A DNA stretch of 63,246 nucleotides, filler included, from a bacterium (lineage in GTDB: Bacteria; JAJRZV01), in assembly GCA_024275095.1 (NCBI GenBank). It is 5 parts of 5 records of this genome, joined end to end, with 100 filler letters (N's around TTAATTAATTAA, not from the genome) between each part and the next. Parts side by side here need not be neighbours in the genome. Positions count along the whole stretch, not along the records: positions 1 to 21,251 come from JAJRZV010000118.1; positions 21,352 to 32,994 come from JAJRZV010000119.1; 3 more parts are not named here. One strand, 5' to 3'. Positions within the stretch are counted from its first letter, which is position 1, and the number at the start of each line of letters is the position of its first letter. A program made the position numbers and the translations under genes. Below are positions 18,527 to 28,784 of the stretch, one piece after another. The notes under the pieces were generated by a model. It had not been told where the DNA came from. It saw only the letters and a program-made list of their open reading frames with translations, and made no database searches.

Positions 18527-20515
18527 ATGGCGGGAGGATATGTGGGACGTATTCTGTGGGTGGACCTTTCAAATGGCACCCATGAAATTGAAGAGTTACC
18601 GGAGGAAATATATCGCCATTATATAGGTGGTTATGGTCTGGGTGCCCGCATTATTTATGAACGCCAAAAACCGGGAGTGGATCCTCTGGGCGAGGAAGCA
18701 ATTTTCGGCATGGTACCTGGACTTCTTACCGGCACAGGTGCCCAGTTTGCCGGGCGTTATATGTGTGTGGGGAAGTCACCGCTTACAGGCGGCTGGGGTG
18801 ATTCGAATTCAGGCGGTTTTTTCGCTCCTGCTATAAAACAGTGTGGTTTTGATGGAATTTTCTTTAAAGGTAAGTCTGAAAGACCGGTATATCTTCTCGT
18901 CCAGGGCGATAAAATTGAAATTCGTGATGCGTCTCATCTCTGGGGTAAATCCACGATAGAGACTGAAAAGATGCTCAAAGAAGAGCTGGGTGATTCACGT
19001 GTTCAGGTGGCGTGTATTGGTCCTGCGGGAGAGAACCTCTCATTTATTTCGGGAGTTGTTACGGACAGGGGACGCATCGCTGCCCGTTCAGGGCTTGGAG
19101 CCGTGATGGGGTCCAAAAAGCTCAAGGCGGTGGTACTCAAAGGTAATGCGAAAATTCCCGTACACGACAGGGAACGTCTCATGAATGAGACGCGTCGTTT
19201 TCTGCGACGCATGGCAATTGCGGATAGAATTGTCAAATGGACAAATAAGGGTCTGCTTCACCGGGCAGGTAAACTCATGCGTTTTCTGCCCTTTCACATG
19301 CGCCAGGAAGCAATCCTCTGGAGAATTATTCTCAAAAAATTCGGTACATCTGGCATACTTGCTTTTTCGGTGGAAGGGGGAGATACCCCGGTGAAGAACT
19401 GGAAGGGCGTGGGATACATTGAATTTCCCCTTAAACGCTCTGCTCGTATCAGTGACGCGAATATTATTAAATACGAGGTGAAAAAGTATCACTGCTATTC
19501 GTGTCCCATCGGATGCGGTGGAATCATTAAAAAAACAGACGGTCGTTACCCCATTGAGGAAGGTCACAAACCCTAGTATGAAAACCTGGGCGCACTTGGA
19601 GCGATGAATCTGGTAGATGATCCGGACATTATTTTCATGATGAACGAAATGTGCAACGAAGCAGGGATTGATGCTATTTCTGCAGGAGCTGTGATTTCAT
19701 TTGCCATGGAATTGTACGAGCAGGGGATTCTCACACAAAACGATGTAGACGGATTGGACCTTTCCTGGGGCAATGGAGAAGCTGCAATGAAACTTCTTGA
19801 AAAGATTATCAAGCGTGAGGGAATTGGTGACGTGCTCGCTGATGGTGTGAGAAAAGCAGCCCAGAAAATCGGAAAAAATGCCGACCAATTTGCCATGCAC
19901 GCAGGTGGCCAGGAACTTCCCATGCATGACCCGAGGTATGACCCCGGATACGGTATTGGATACCATGGTGAACCCACACCGGGCCGTCACACCATCGCTT
20001 CATTTACATATCTGGAACTGACCCAGCTTGAGCGTAAATACAAACAGTTCAAAAAGATGAGTGCGCTTATGACCAAATCTTCCTGGTACAAACCCGAAGG
20101 TAAAGGAGAAGCCATAGCGTTTTTGAGCAAATTTTCCCAGACCGCATTTTCAGCAGGCCTTTGCCTGTTTGGTCTTCAAATGGGAGCCGATATTCCACTG
20201 GCGGAATGGATTGCTGCAGCTACTGGCTGGGATTTCACCAATGATGACCTTATTGAAACCGGTCAGCGTATAGGTACCCTCCGCCAGGCGTTCAACGCAC
20301 GCGAGGGGCTTGTTCCAAAACGTGATTTTGCCATCAATCCCCGTGCAATCGGCAAACCGCCGCTGCCCAAGGGACCCACCCAGGGGGTAACACTGGACAT
20401 GGATGCCTACCTGAAAGATTATTACCAGGCGTACGGATGGGACCCTGAAACAGGTATCCCTGTAAAGGAAACCATTGAAAAACTGGGCCTGAAAGATGTG
20501 GTGGAGGAGCTCTAA
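18527..20515 (+). CDS. aor: Tungsten-type aldehyde:ferredoxin oxidoreductase family protein with one in-frame TAG (19574-19576)
   Basis: KSPLTG, CIGPAGE, RSGLGAVMGSKKLK, CYSCPIGC, HKP*YEN, GIDAIS, ELPMHDPR; both ORF-track halves share one frame. Confidence 0.9.
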
Positions 20516-20810
20516 GAAACCCGCCGGGACAGTTAAGCTTACTGTTGTTGCATTTCTCGATGGTAAGGCCATTAATCGTCAGTTTACAGTTGATATTAAG
20601 GAGGGAGAAACACTCTGGAAGTTGTTCAAAAGACTGGATCGTGAGGGGCCGCTGGATCGAAACTATTTCAAGCGCATTTTCAGTCTTTCGCGGCCACCCA
20701 CGGTACTCCTTAATGGCGACCGTCTCACCGATATTCCCGGAGACCTCAAAAAGATTACTCTCAAGGATGCTGATGAAATTTCTGTTCTCATGCCGATTGC
20801 CGGCGGATAA
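20496..20810 (+). CDS. MoaD/ThiS family sulfur carrier
   Basis: VLLNG...LKDADEISVLMPIAGG, C-terminal GG, directly after aor. Confidence 0.85.
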   Translation: MWWRSSKKPAGTVKLTVVAFLDGKAINRQFTVDIKEGETLWKLFKRLDREGPLDRNYFKRIFSLSRPPTVLLNGDRLTDIPGDLKKITLKDADEISVLMPIAGG

Positions 20811-20847
20811 GTTGAATTTGATTCTTATTCGTGTTAAATAAACTTTC

Positions 20848-21251
20848 ATGAAGGAACTTTTGAAAAAAATCTCATTCTTGCGTGATTTGCCCGATCATTT
20901 ATTGGAAAGATTTCGCCCGTATATGGCACGTCGCAGTTATACTGCTGGAAGTGTCATCGTGGAGCAGGACGAAGCGGGAGACTCTCTTTATATCATTGCT
21001 CAGGGACGAGCCAAGGTATGTATCATGGGCGAAGATGGTAAAGAAGTGCTTCTTTCCATACTGAAAGAGGGTGACTTTTTTGGGGAGATGTCGGTTATAG
21101 ACCGTAAGCCCAGGTCTGCCTCGGTGGTTGCTCTTGACGATTGTGAACTTTTTACCATCACGCGCAATGCATTTCTTGAAATGATTAGAGAATGTCCTGA
21201 AATCTCCCTGAATATACTTTATGTAATGAGCGAACGACTCAGGAGGGCTGA
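20848..21251 (+). CDS. Crp/Fnr family cNMP-binding regulator (truncated by contig end)
   Basis: GDFFGEMS, PRSASV, C-helix ERLRRA. Confidence 0.88.
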
Positions 21252-21351
21252 NNNNNNNNNNNNNNNNNNNNNNNNNNNNNNNNNNNNNNNNNNNNTTAAT
21301 TAATTAANNNNNNNNNNNNNNNNNNNNNNNNNNNNNNNNNNNNNNNNNNNN
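21252..21351. other. Artificial contig linker
   Basis: N44-TTAATTAATTAA-N44, stops in all six frames. Confidence 0.97.
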
Positions 21352-21393
21352 CTCAATCATCAAGTGATGTCCCCATAAACAACTATCGCACGC

Positions 21394-21456
21394 GCAATTA
21401 TATATTCGCTCCGCTCGCCCATTGTCTCACGGCAGTTCGAATCTCTCTCCTGCGTT
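21394..21456 (-). repeat. tRNA-linked element downstream of tRNA-Ser
   Basis: Minus strand AACGCAGGAGAGAGATTCGAACTGCCGTGAGACAATGGGCGAGCGGA, colinear with 844-906. Confidence 0.6.
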
Positions 21457-21507
21457 GAAAATCCGTTTAATATACACGCCATGTCCTTCGTGGGCGGGTT
21501 CACATTT

Positions 21508-21594
21508 CAGAGGGGGTGGGATTCGAACCCACGTTCCCCTTGCGGGGAAAGCGGTTTTCAAGACCGCCGCCTTAAGCCACTCGGCCACCCCTCC
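21508..21594 (-). tRNA. tRNA-Ser(TGA)
   Basis: GGAGGGGTGGCCGAGTGG..., anticodon arm GCGGT-CTTGAAA-ACCGC, long variable arm, discriminator G, G1:U72 pair. Confidence 0.95.
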
Positions 21595-21655
21595 GGGATA
21601 TAAATTTAACACCTCTGCTCCACACTCTCAACAGCACTGCCACAAAAGAAAACTT

Positions 21656-22254
21656 TCAGGGTAGTAGTGCAACATAAACATAAAATATTAAGCAATTGTA
21701 ATGTGTCATCCATATACGCGCCCAATTACTATCGGCCTCCTTGAGTCGTTGAAGATAGTAATCGTAATAAAAACTACCTGTATTATCCGTAGCCCAGGCA
21801 ATGTTGAGCCCAACGGGCACGAAAATCCCGCCGGTATCCAGTACAAAGTATCTGCCGGAAGCATCCACACGAACAAACCCGCGTTGTAGAGTGCCGACCT
21901 GGAAGGTATAATCCGGGGAACGGTGCATGCCCTGTGTATCCCTGGCTTCCAGAAAAAACGGTACAAACCTTCCTCTCGTGGTGTCATTCGTACACACCAG
22001 TGCGGCTCAGCGACAGCTCGAAATCTCTCCACTCCTTCATTATCAAGGTAACGCTCAAAGTGCTGTGTATAAAATGCAGGAACGTAAATGGAAAGGCCTG
22101 AGGGTGCTTCTGTGTACAAACGTATATCCACTTCATCTGCATCCCTCTCAAATCGCTTAATTGCATGAGGAAACGTTGTGTCGGTAAAGTCTGCAACAGC
22201 ATTTTCAGTGAGGAAAACAACTGTCTGAATAACTATTAACGCAAAAAGAGACAT
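21656..22254 (-). pseudogene. Frameshifted and truncated DUF5060/glycoside hydrolase-like gene
   Basis: VPAFY...WCVRMTPREEGLYRF shifts frame at the A6 run 21953-21958 into RGFVRVD..RYF..GLNIAW..NWARIWM, then ends before a complete catalytic domain. Confidence 0.65.
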
Positions 22255-22258
22255 TCAA

Positions 22259-22274
22259 TGTTTCACGTGAAACA
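22259..22274. promoter_or_regulatory. parS centromere site
   Basis: Perfect TGTTTCACGTGAAACA. Confidence 0.93.
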
Positions 22275-22275
22275 T

Positions 22276-22608
22276 CTACTCCTCATCCATGCAGCAACTC
22301 CCGTTGAACTTTACACCCTCCTCAATCACGAGAACAGGAGTGCGGATGTTACCACGGTACCGAGCCCCGTCTCTGAGTTCCACGCGCTCTTTTGCATCGC
22401 AATCACCCTCAACATGCCCGTGAACCACCAGTGCACCCACCTGTATTGTCCCCTCAACCCGTCCTTCTTCTCCCACAATCAACGTGCCCTCAGAGATAAC
22501 TTCACCCTTGAGCGTACCATCCACACGCACGGTCCCTTCAAAAGCGAGCTTTCCTTCAAACGATGCTTCACGGCCCACAATGGAGTGGATTTCCTCTTTC
22601 ATCAGCAC
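22276..22608 (-). CDS. Bactofilin (polymer-forming cytoskeletal protein, BacM-like position after parB)
   Basis: FEGKLAFEGTVRVDG...GNIRTPVLVIEEGVKFNGSC. Confidence 0.92.
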   Translation of the reverse strand: MLMKEEIHSIVGREASFEGKLAFEGTVRVDGTLKGEVISEGTLIVGEEGRVEGTIQVGALVVHGHVEGDCDAKERVELRDGARYRGNIRTPVLVIEEGVKFNGSCCMDEE

Positions 22609-22616
22609 ACCCTCCT

Positions 22617-23429
22617 TCAGTCGAATTCCCGCGGCAGTCCAAGCCGCTCCAGCAAAGCATCCAGTTCATCAAGACTGGAATAACGGACGGTAACAGACCC
22701 TTTTCCTCCCCGATAAGTGACTCTCACGGGAAGACCAAGATGCCTCTGCAGGCGCTTTTCCAGGCGTTCAATGTTGGGGTCACGTTTCCTGCCGGCAGTA
22801 CGTTCCACCTCTCTCACAGTAGTCCTTTTCGATTTCATACGCCGGAATGCCTTGAGTATTTCCTCTTTCTTACCCAGACTCAAAAGCGCACGTGCATGAC
22901 CCTCTGTAATTTCACCCTCAGCAAGTGCCTTTCTCACCTCCCTTGGCAAACGCAACAGCCGCAAAATGTTGGCCACGGCCGAACGGGACTTTCCCACACG
23001 CTGGGCTACCTCTTCCTGGGTATAACCGAACTCTTTCATCAAACGTTCGTAGGCCGTGGCTTCTTCTATCGGATTGAGATCCGATCGCTGAAGATTTTCT
23101 ACAAGGGCAACTTCCAGCATGTCTCGCTGCGTAAACGCCCGCACCACAGCAGGAATCACCTTCAATCCCGCTTTTTTCGCCGCCCTCAAGCGCCTTTCAC
23201 CTGAAACAAGCTGGTAGCCTCTTCCGTGAGGTCTTACGAGAATGGGCTGAAGCACACCCTTCTCTTTGATGGTAGCGGCAAGTTCCTCTATCTCGTTTTC
23301 TGGAAAATGTGTGCGCGGCTGATACGGATTGGGCTCTACCGCATCCACAGGAATACGCTGAACCTGAATCGCGCCCTGACCTCCTCCGATGAGGGCATCC
23401 AGCCCCTTACCCAGCGCTTTCTTCTTCAT
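22617..23429 (-). CDS. parB: Chromosome partitioning protein ParB
   Basis: KALGKGLDAL, PNPYQPR, GERRLRA, ENLQRSDL, HTH. Confidence 0.96.
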   Translation of the reverse strand: MKKKALGKGLDALIGGGQGAIQVQRIPVDAVEPNPYQPRTHFPENEIEELAATIKEKGVLQPILVRPHGRGYQLVSGERRLRAAKKAGLKVIPAVVRAFTQRDMLEVALVENLQRSDLNPIEEATAYERLMKEFGYTQEEVAQRVGKSRSAVANILRLLRLPREVRKALAEGEITEGHARALLSLGKKEEILKAFRRMKSKRTTVREVERTAGRKRDPNIERLEKRLQRHLGLPVRVTYRGGKGSVTVRYSSLDELDALLERLGLPREFD

Positions 23430-24199
23430 CCTGCCTCCTCTCGTATCACACCTGTAAACTCCTGCACAAAATGAATATAACTGGAAGCACCCTTACAATT
23501 CATATCGTAAAGGATAATAGGCTTTCCATAACTGGGGGCCTCGGAAAGTTTAACATTCCTGGGTATCACTGTCTGAAACACCAGATTTCCAAAATGACGC
23601 CTGACTTCCGCTTCTACCTCTTTGGAAAGGTTGTTTCTCACATCGTACATGGTCAATAAAATTCCTCTGACCGAAAGTTCTGGATTGAGAAATTCTCTGA
23701 TGCGATTAATGGTGTGCATTAACCGCGCCAGGCCCTCGAGAGCAAAATATTCGCACTGGAGCGGGACGAGAACCGAATGGGCTGCGGCCAGTGCGTTAAC
23801 GGTAAGAAGCCCCAAGGAAGGGGGACAATCAACAATGACAAAATCGTATCGGTCTCTGAGTTTATCAAGGGCCCGTTTAAGCCGCAGTTCCCTCGAATAT
23901 TCGTTTACCAGTTCAACTTCTGCTCCTGCAAGGTCCTTGGACGAAGGCAATACTTCTAAATTTTCCACTTCTGTGGGCACCACCATGCCCGAGGGATTCT
24001 CTCCCTTGATAAGCACTTCGTATATGGTGCGGTCCAGCAACTCCGGATTCACACCCATACCACTGGTAGCATTGGCCTGCGGATCCATATCCACCAGCAA
24101 CACACGCCGCCCTCCCACGGCCAACACGGCCGAGAGATTAATGGCTGTAGTGGTTTTTCCCACTCCACCCTTTTGGTTGGCAATGGCGATAATCTCCAT
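23426..24199 (-). CDS. parA: Chromosome partitioning ATPase ParA/Soj
   Basis: NQKGGVGKTTT, DMDPQAN, DCPPSLG, QCEYFALEG. Confidence 0.96.
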   Translation of the reverse strand: MEIIAIANQKGGVGKTTTAINLSAVLAVGGRRVLLVDMDPQANATSGMGVNPELLDRTIYEVLIKGENPSGMVVPTEVENLEVLPSSKDLAGAEVELVNEYSRELRLKRALDKLRDRYDFVIVDCPPSLGLLTVNALAAAHSVLVPLQCEYFALEGLARLMHTINRIREFLNPELSVRGILLTMYDVRNNLSKEVEAEVRRHFGNLVFQTVIPRNVKLSEAPSYGKPIILYDMNCKGASSYIHFVQEFTGVIREEAG

Positions 24200-24266
24200 T
24201 CCGTCCGCTATGTTACCCGGGATTTTATCTGCGGACAAGCCTCACAGGTCAAACACGACCCTCTTT

Positions 24267-24282
24267 TGTTTCACGTGAAACA
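24267..24282. promoter_or_regulatory. parS centromere site
   Basis: Perfect TGTTTCACGTGAAACA upstream of parA. Confidence 0.93.
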
Positions 24283-24288
24283 TCCACC

Positions 24289-25200
24289 TCAGGGAGAAAG
24301 TTTCACATACGGTTCATTCCTGCCCGGGCGCAAAAAGACGTCCTGGTAAGCAAAATCAATGTGAATCTTCGTCAACCACGAACCGGGCACAAAAAGAGGA
24401 GCAAGGTCCGGATAATTCCTTGCTATATCCATTGCTCTCTCAGGGGTAATCTCCAGGGCGAGAATTTTTTCACCCGGTTCGGTTTCCATTACCCGTGGAG
24501 CAATCACATAAATAAATATGTGCCCCCAGAAATCGGTCCCATCTACAAGAGAAGGTTTTACAGGATAGAAAGGGGCTGTTGTGCTGAACGAAAAGGAAAG
24601 GGCAGGAAGCATGTTCGTATATTCCTGCTCAGCATTCTGATACTCTCCGAAAAAGAAAAAGTGAAAGCCTCTGTCAATATACTCCTGTGCTACTTGAATA
24701 AATTCATCGGTCAGCACATAACCCCTGTCCTCCACGAAAGCCTGAAAACCCAGAACATTTTTTACATCCACAATAAAATATGTGAGCGTTTTCGCAAATC
24801 CTTCCTGGAGAATTTCGTATACATTTTCACCTCCAGGCTCGGAAGCCATGCCCCCACATGAGAAGGGCACCTGGCTGTACTTTCTCTTTGTATAGAAAAT
24901 TCTCTCCGTTAAATGCATCAGCTCTTCAAACATATCCACATTCACCTCTTCAACATGGGGAGGAGAAGGAAACGGCATAATCCATGCCACGTTTTTTGCG
25001 GTGGTAAAGGCAGGTGCTTGTACGTAAAGGTTTTCTTTTCCTTCTCCATCCCACAAAATCACTGCAATCTGACCGAACCGATTTACATATACCATCTCTT
25101 CGTAATCTTCTGGTGAAAGAAAAATTCCACCGTCACCTCGCAGGGGTCCGGGAAAAAACAAAACAATCAAAATCCACTTCAGTCTCTTTTTCGAAACCAC
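24289..25200 (-). CDS. DUF2330-like exported protein
   Basis: Signal peptide, Q-A-I-WDG--E-L, AWIMPFPSPP, YIDRGFHF, PFYP. Confidence 0.6.
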   Translation of the reverse strand: MVSKKRLKWILIVLFFPGPLRGDGGIFLSPEDYEEMVYVNRFGQIAVILWDGEGKENLYVQAPAFTTAKNVAWIMPFPSPPHVEEVNVDMFEELMHLTERIFYTKRKYSQVPFSCGGMASEPGGENVYEILQEGFAKTLTYFIVDVKNVLGFQAFVEDRGYVLTDEFIQVAQEYIDRGFHFFFFGEYQNAEQEYTNMLPALSFSFSTTAPFYPVKPSLVDGTDFWGHIFIYVIAPRVMETEPGEKILALEITPERAMDIARNYPDLAPLFVPGSWLTKIHIDFAYQDVFLRPGRNEPYVKLSP

Positions 25201-25814
25201 TTTTGAACCCCAAAAACCGTTCTCATTCCTATAAAGCTCAGGTGATACGCCTTTTGAAAACTGCCCTCCGGGTGGGCAATAAAAGAATAAGCAGGAAGAA
25301 GAGAAAAAGATATTTCCAAAGTTTGTGTCACATAAATGTTGATACCCAATCCTGTTTCTAACTCGCCAGCATAAACGAAAAGAAAATCTGAGTCATTGTA
25401 CACATTCAACAGGTGTTCAAAACCCAGCTCGACAGCCATTCCCAAGAAGAAACGAAATGAGAAAAAGCGATTGTCAAAAAATTTTTTTATATAAAGGCAC
25501 TTCACACCTCCAAGATAAAACTCGCCTTTCACTTCCCAGAGAGTCCCCACATCCAGAACTTTCTCGTTTGCATATTGAAAAAGGGCCCTGATGTTTACCT
25601 CACTTTCTCGATTGCGAGGTGATCTCAACGAAAGTCCTCCTTCAACACCTATAAAGCTCTCGATGTAATCCTCAGAAACCCCATAATTGAAAATCTGGAT
25701 ATTAAACCCCCTCTCAATCTCCTCGTTCTGTGCACACATCACAGCAGGAAAGAATAAGTACACCAGCGCTCCTGAAATCACGATTTTGACCGAGATTCTC
25801 TTCAGAACATCCAA
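25179..25814 (-). CDS. Hypothetical exported protein, possible small beta-barrel
   Basis: Signal-like N-terminus, aromatic and Gly-rich alternating strands. Confidence 0.5.
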   Translation of the reverse strand: MDVLKRISVKIVISGALVYLFFPAVMCAQNEEIERGFNIQIFNYGVSEDYIESFIGVEGGLSLRSPRNRESEVNIRALFQYANEKVLDVGTLWEVKGEFYLGGVKCLYIKKFFDNRFFSFRFFLGMAVELGFEHLLNVYNDSDFLFVYAGELETGLGINIYVTQTLEISFSLLPAYSFIAHPEGSFQKAYHLSFIGMRTVFGVQKWFRKRD

Positions 25815-25824
25815 TTTTTCAATA

Positions 25825-26445
25825 TTATACTGAAAAAATCACAACAGAACCGCAAATTTCTCCCTCACGAAGACGATATCGGTGAATCCGTACATCTGTT
25901 CTCTCCTCGTCCTTCCAGGAAAAGCGTTCACCTGCAAAAGTGATAGCAATGCCGCCTTTTTTCAGAAACTTTCTCACCTGATTGAAAAACACAGGGGGTT
26001 CCTTAAAGGCCCTCGTTGTAACCGCGTCAAGAGCACCCTTCATGACAAAACCAAAGGCAGGGTCCTCCACCCGCTGCCTTATGGCACGTGTGTCCTGGAG
26101 TCCGAGGTGCCTCACCACATCCTGAAGAAAACTCCATCGCTTTTTACGTGGTTCAAGCATGAGAAGTCTGATGTCAGGTCTCAAAATTTTTACAGGAACC
26201 GCCGGGAGTCCACTACCACTGCCCACATCCATGACAAAACTCCCCGGTTTTATAAACTCCTCAATCACAAGGGACTCAATCACCCCTCGAAAAAGAAAAT
26301 CCTGCATTCTTCGAAAGCCGGTAAGATTGAACACGCGGTTCCACTTCATCACCAGGTGCACATATTCCATCATTTGTTCAAAACATTCCTCTCTGTTTCT
26401 GGTTTTCAGGTACTCTCTGAGAATTTCTGCTGGATTCTCAAGCAT
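25825..26445 (-). CDS. rsmG: 16S rRNA m7G527 methyltransferase
   Basis: [17 protein letters not shown], follows mnmG. Confidence 0.93.
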   Translation of the reverse strand: MLENPAEILREYLKTRNREECFEQMMEYVHLVMKWNRVFNLTGFRRMQDFLFRGVIESLVIEEFIKPGSFVMDVGSGSGLPAVPVKILRPDIRLLMLEPRKKRWSFLQDVVRHLGLQDTRAIRQRVEDPAFGFVMKGALDAVTTRAFKEPPVFFNQVRKFLKKGGIAITFAGERFSWKDEERTDVRIHRYRLREGEICGSVVIFSV

Positions 26446-28294
26446 GCTTTCTCAATGCCACCTCAATGGCAAAGGCATGCGCCGGATTGATGCCGGGTAT
26501 TTGAAGGGCCTCCGCCAAATTGCGGGGCTTGTGTTTGTTGAGCTTTTCCACTGCTTCGTTGGTCAAACCTTTCACACGGGAGAAATCAAAATTGCGTGGC
26601 AGGACAACGCTGGAAAAGCGTTTCATCTTCTCAATCGCCAGCCTTTCTCTTTCCACATAACCTTCATACTTGATGCTGATTTCCACCTCCTCTCTCACGT
26701 CCTGTGGAAAACGCATCACCTCGGGCAACATGACTTTTATCCCTTCCAGGGTAATTTCCGGTCGCCGGAGAAGGTCCCGCACACGCATTGCCTGACGCAA
26801 AGGTGGACTGTTCAGAGACTCCAACCACTTCTGCACCTTCTCTTGCGGACGAATGAGAACGCTGTTCAGCAGGTCGTGAAGCTGTTGAATCATTTTCTTT
26901 CTCTCAAGAAATTGTGCGTACTGCTCATCTCCAACCAGACCCAGGCTTCGTCCTTTTTCCGTAAGACGCAAATCTGCGTTTCCCTCTCGTAACGTCAGAC
27001 GATATTCTGCCCGCGAAGTAAACATTCGATACGGTTCATCCACCCCTTTGGTCACCAGGTCCCAGATCAGCACTCCTGTCATAGCCTCGCTCCTGTCCAG
27101 CATGAACTCACCGTCTCCCCGAGCGTGCAAAACAGCATTAATACCCGCAATCAGCCCCTGGGCAGCAGCCTCTTCGTATCCAGACGTACCGTTAATCTGG
27201 CCGGCCAAAAAAAGCCCCGGAACACTCTCCACCTCCAGTGTGGGCTTCAACTGTCGTGGTTGTACAAAATCGTATTCAATGGCATAACCAGGCCGTATAA
27301 CCCGTACATTCTCAAGCCCGGGAATTGTCCTGAGAAATGCCATCTGGACATCAAAGGGCAGAGAAGATGAAATGCCGGAGGGATAATATTCCAGACCGTC
27401 AAGACCATCGGGCTCCAGAAATATCTGGTGACGAGTGCGGTCAGGGAATTTCACCACTTTATCTTCAATGGAGGGGCAATAACGAGGTCCAATACCAACA
27501 ATAACTCCAGAGTAAAGAGGTGAGCGGTCCAGTGACCGCCTGATAACCTCGTGGGTACGCTCATTGGTGTACGTGATGTAACACGGAATCTGTGGATTGG
27601 TCACTTCTTTCGTGCGCGCAGAAAATGGCCTCACCTCCTCCGGCTTCATTATATCCATACGAGAAAAGTCGATAGTTCGACCATCCAGACGAGGTGTGGT
27701 ACCGGTTTTGAGCCTCCCCACCTCCAGGCCTGCCTCTTTAAGCCATCGCGATAAACCCAGAGATGGACGTTCCCCTGCCCTGCCTGCGGGATAGCGTTTG
27801 AGCCCAATATGAATGAGTCCGTTCATGAACGTCCCCGGAGCCAGAACCACAGACGGTGCGTAAAACTCATATCCAAAATCTGTAACAACACCCTTTACCG
27901 CGCCTCTCTCCAGCAATATCTGCCGCACGTGAGCCTGAAAAAGAGAGAGATTTTCACAGGACATTACTTTCTCTCGCATGTACTGGTTGTACATACGCCG
28001 ATCGCACTGGGCACGGGTGGCTCGTACTGCATAACCCTTGCGCTTATTAAGCGTACGATAGTGAATCCCGGCAACATCAGCAGCAAATCCCATCTCTCCA
28101 CCAAGCGCATCAATCTCCCTCACCAGATGACCCTTGGCCAGTCCCCCAATTGCAGGATTGCATGACATATAACCAATGCTTTCTACATTGATGGTAATGA
28201 GCAGCGTACGGGCACCCATTCTGGCACTGGCCAGGGCAGCCTCAATTCCCGCATGTCCGCCGCCTACAATAATGACGTCAAATTGTTCTTTCAT
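26438..28294 (-). CDS. mnmG: tRNA uridine-5-carboxymethylaminomethyl modification enzyme
   Basis: [42 protein letters not shown]. Confidence 0.98.
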   Translation of the reverse strand: MKEQFDVIIVGGGHAGIEAALASARMGARTLLITINVESIGYMSCNPAIGGLAKGHLVREIDALGGEMGFAADVAGIHYRTLNKRKGYAVRATRAQCDRRMYNQYMREKVMSCENLSLFQAHVRQILLERGAVKGVVTDFGYEFYAPSVVLAPGTFMNGLIHIGLKRYPAGRAGERPSLGLSRWLKEAGLEVGRLKTGTTPRLDGRTIDFSRMDIMKPEEVRPFSARTKEVTNPQIPCYITYTNERTHEVIRRSLDRSPLYSGVIVGIGPRYCPSIEDKVVKFPDRTRHQIFLEPDGLDGLEYYPSGISSSLPFDVQMAFLRTIPGLENVRVIRPGYAIEYDFVQPRQLKPTLEVESVPGLFLAGQINGTSGYEEAAAQGLIAGINAVLHARGDGEFMLDRSEAMTGVLIWDLVTKGVDEPYRMFTSRAEYRLTLREGNADLRLTEKGRSLGLVGDEQYAQFLERKKMIQQLHDLLNSVLIRPQEKVQKWLESLNSPPLRQAMRVRDLLRRPEITLEGIKVMLPEVMRFPQDVREEVEISIKYEGYVERERLAIEKMKRFSSVVLPRNFDFSRVKGLTNEAVEKLNKHKPRNLAEALQIPGINPAHAFAIEVALRKHA

Positions 28295-28451
28295 GCACCC
28301 AACACCCACTCAAAACACGGAATCTCATAGCTCCCGTGTTTTACCTTTTTTGTCAATTATATAGGCACTTCTATTCAGAGAAAACGCACTCTTTGGAAAC
28401 CACCTTCAGAATGTGAACCTGAAGACGTTTTAACAAGAACCCACAAGAGGG

Positions 28452-28784
28452 CTACTTTTTATTTTTCTGCCTTTTTTGAAATTTTATGTTTATCGTCAGG
28501 TTGATCTGATATTCATCAAGCACCTTTCTCATCTCATCAGCAACCGAAAGGTTCTTCAAAAATTCCCCGAGCTCTGTGGCAAGACGGTCTCCAAAATCAC
28601 GAACAAGTTGATCAAAGCGCCCTGTAAGGTATTCCTCCACGCTTTTCCTGATAGCCCTTTCCGTCTCAAATACCATCCCCAATCCAACTGTACTGGCCAG
28701 GTCTCTCACCACATTCTTCAAGCCCTTGCTTCCATCACCTGAAGAATCCTTACTCCTGCTGGTGTTTTTCTTTCGTTCCGCCAT
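28452..28784 (-). CDS. Hypothetical helical protein coupled to the M16 peptidase
   Basis: 110-aa ORF overlapping the peptidase 3' end, plausible codon usage. Confidence 0.6.
   Translation of the reverse strand: MAERKKNTSRSKDSSGDGSKGLKNVVRDLASTVGLGMVFETERAIRKSVEEYLTGRFDQLVRDFGDRLATELGEFLKNLSVADEMRKVLDEYQINLTINIKFQKRQKNKK

Noticed and set aside
19574-19650. Pyrrolysine or selenocysteine insertion in AOR
   Set aside because: The aligned residue is Glu, the codon is TAG not TGA, no pyl or sel genes are present, and I saw no convincing downstream hairpin. Not excluded genome-wide.
21296-21307. TTAATTAATTAA palindrome recurring four times
   Set aside because: Always centred in identical 100-bp N blocks, so it is a six-frame-stop linker. 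Adjacency across linkers is not biological.
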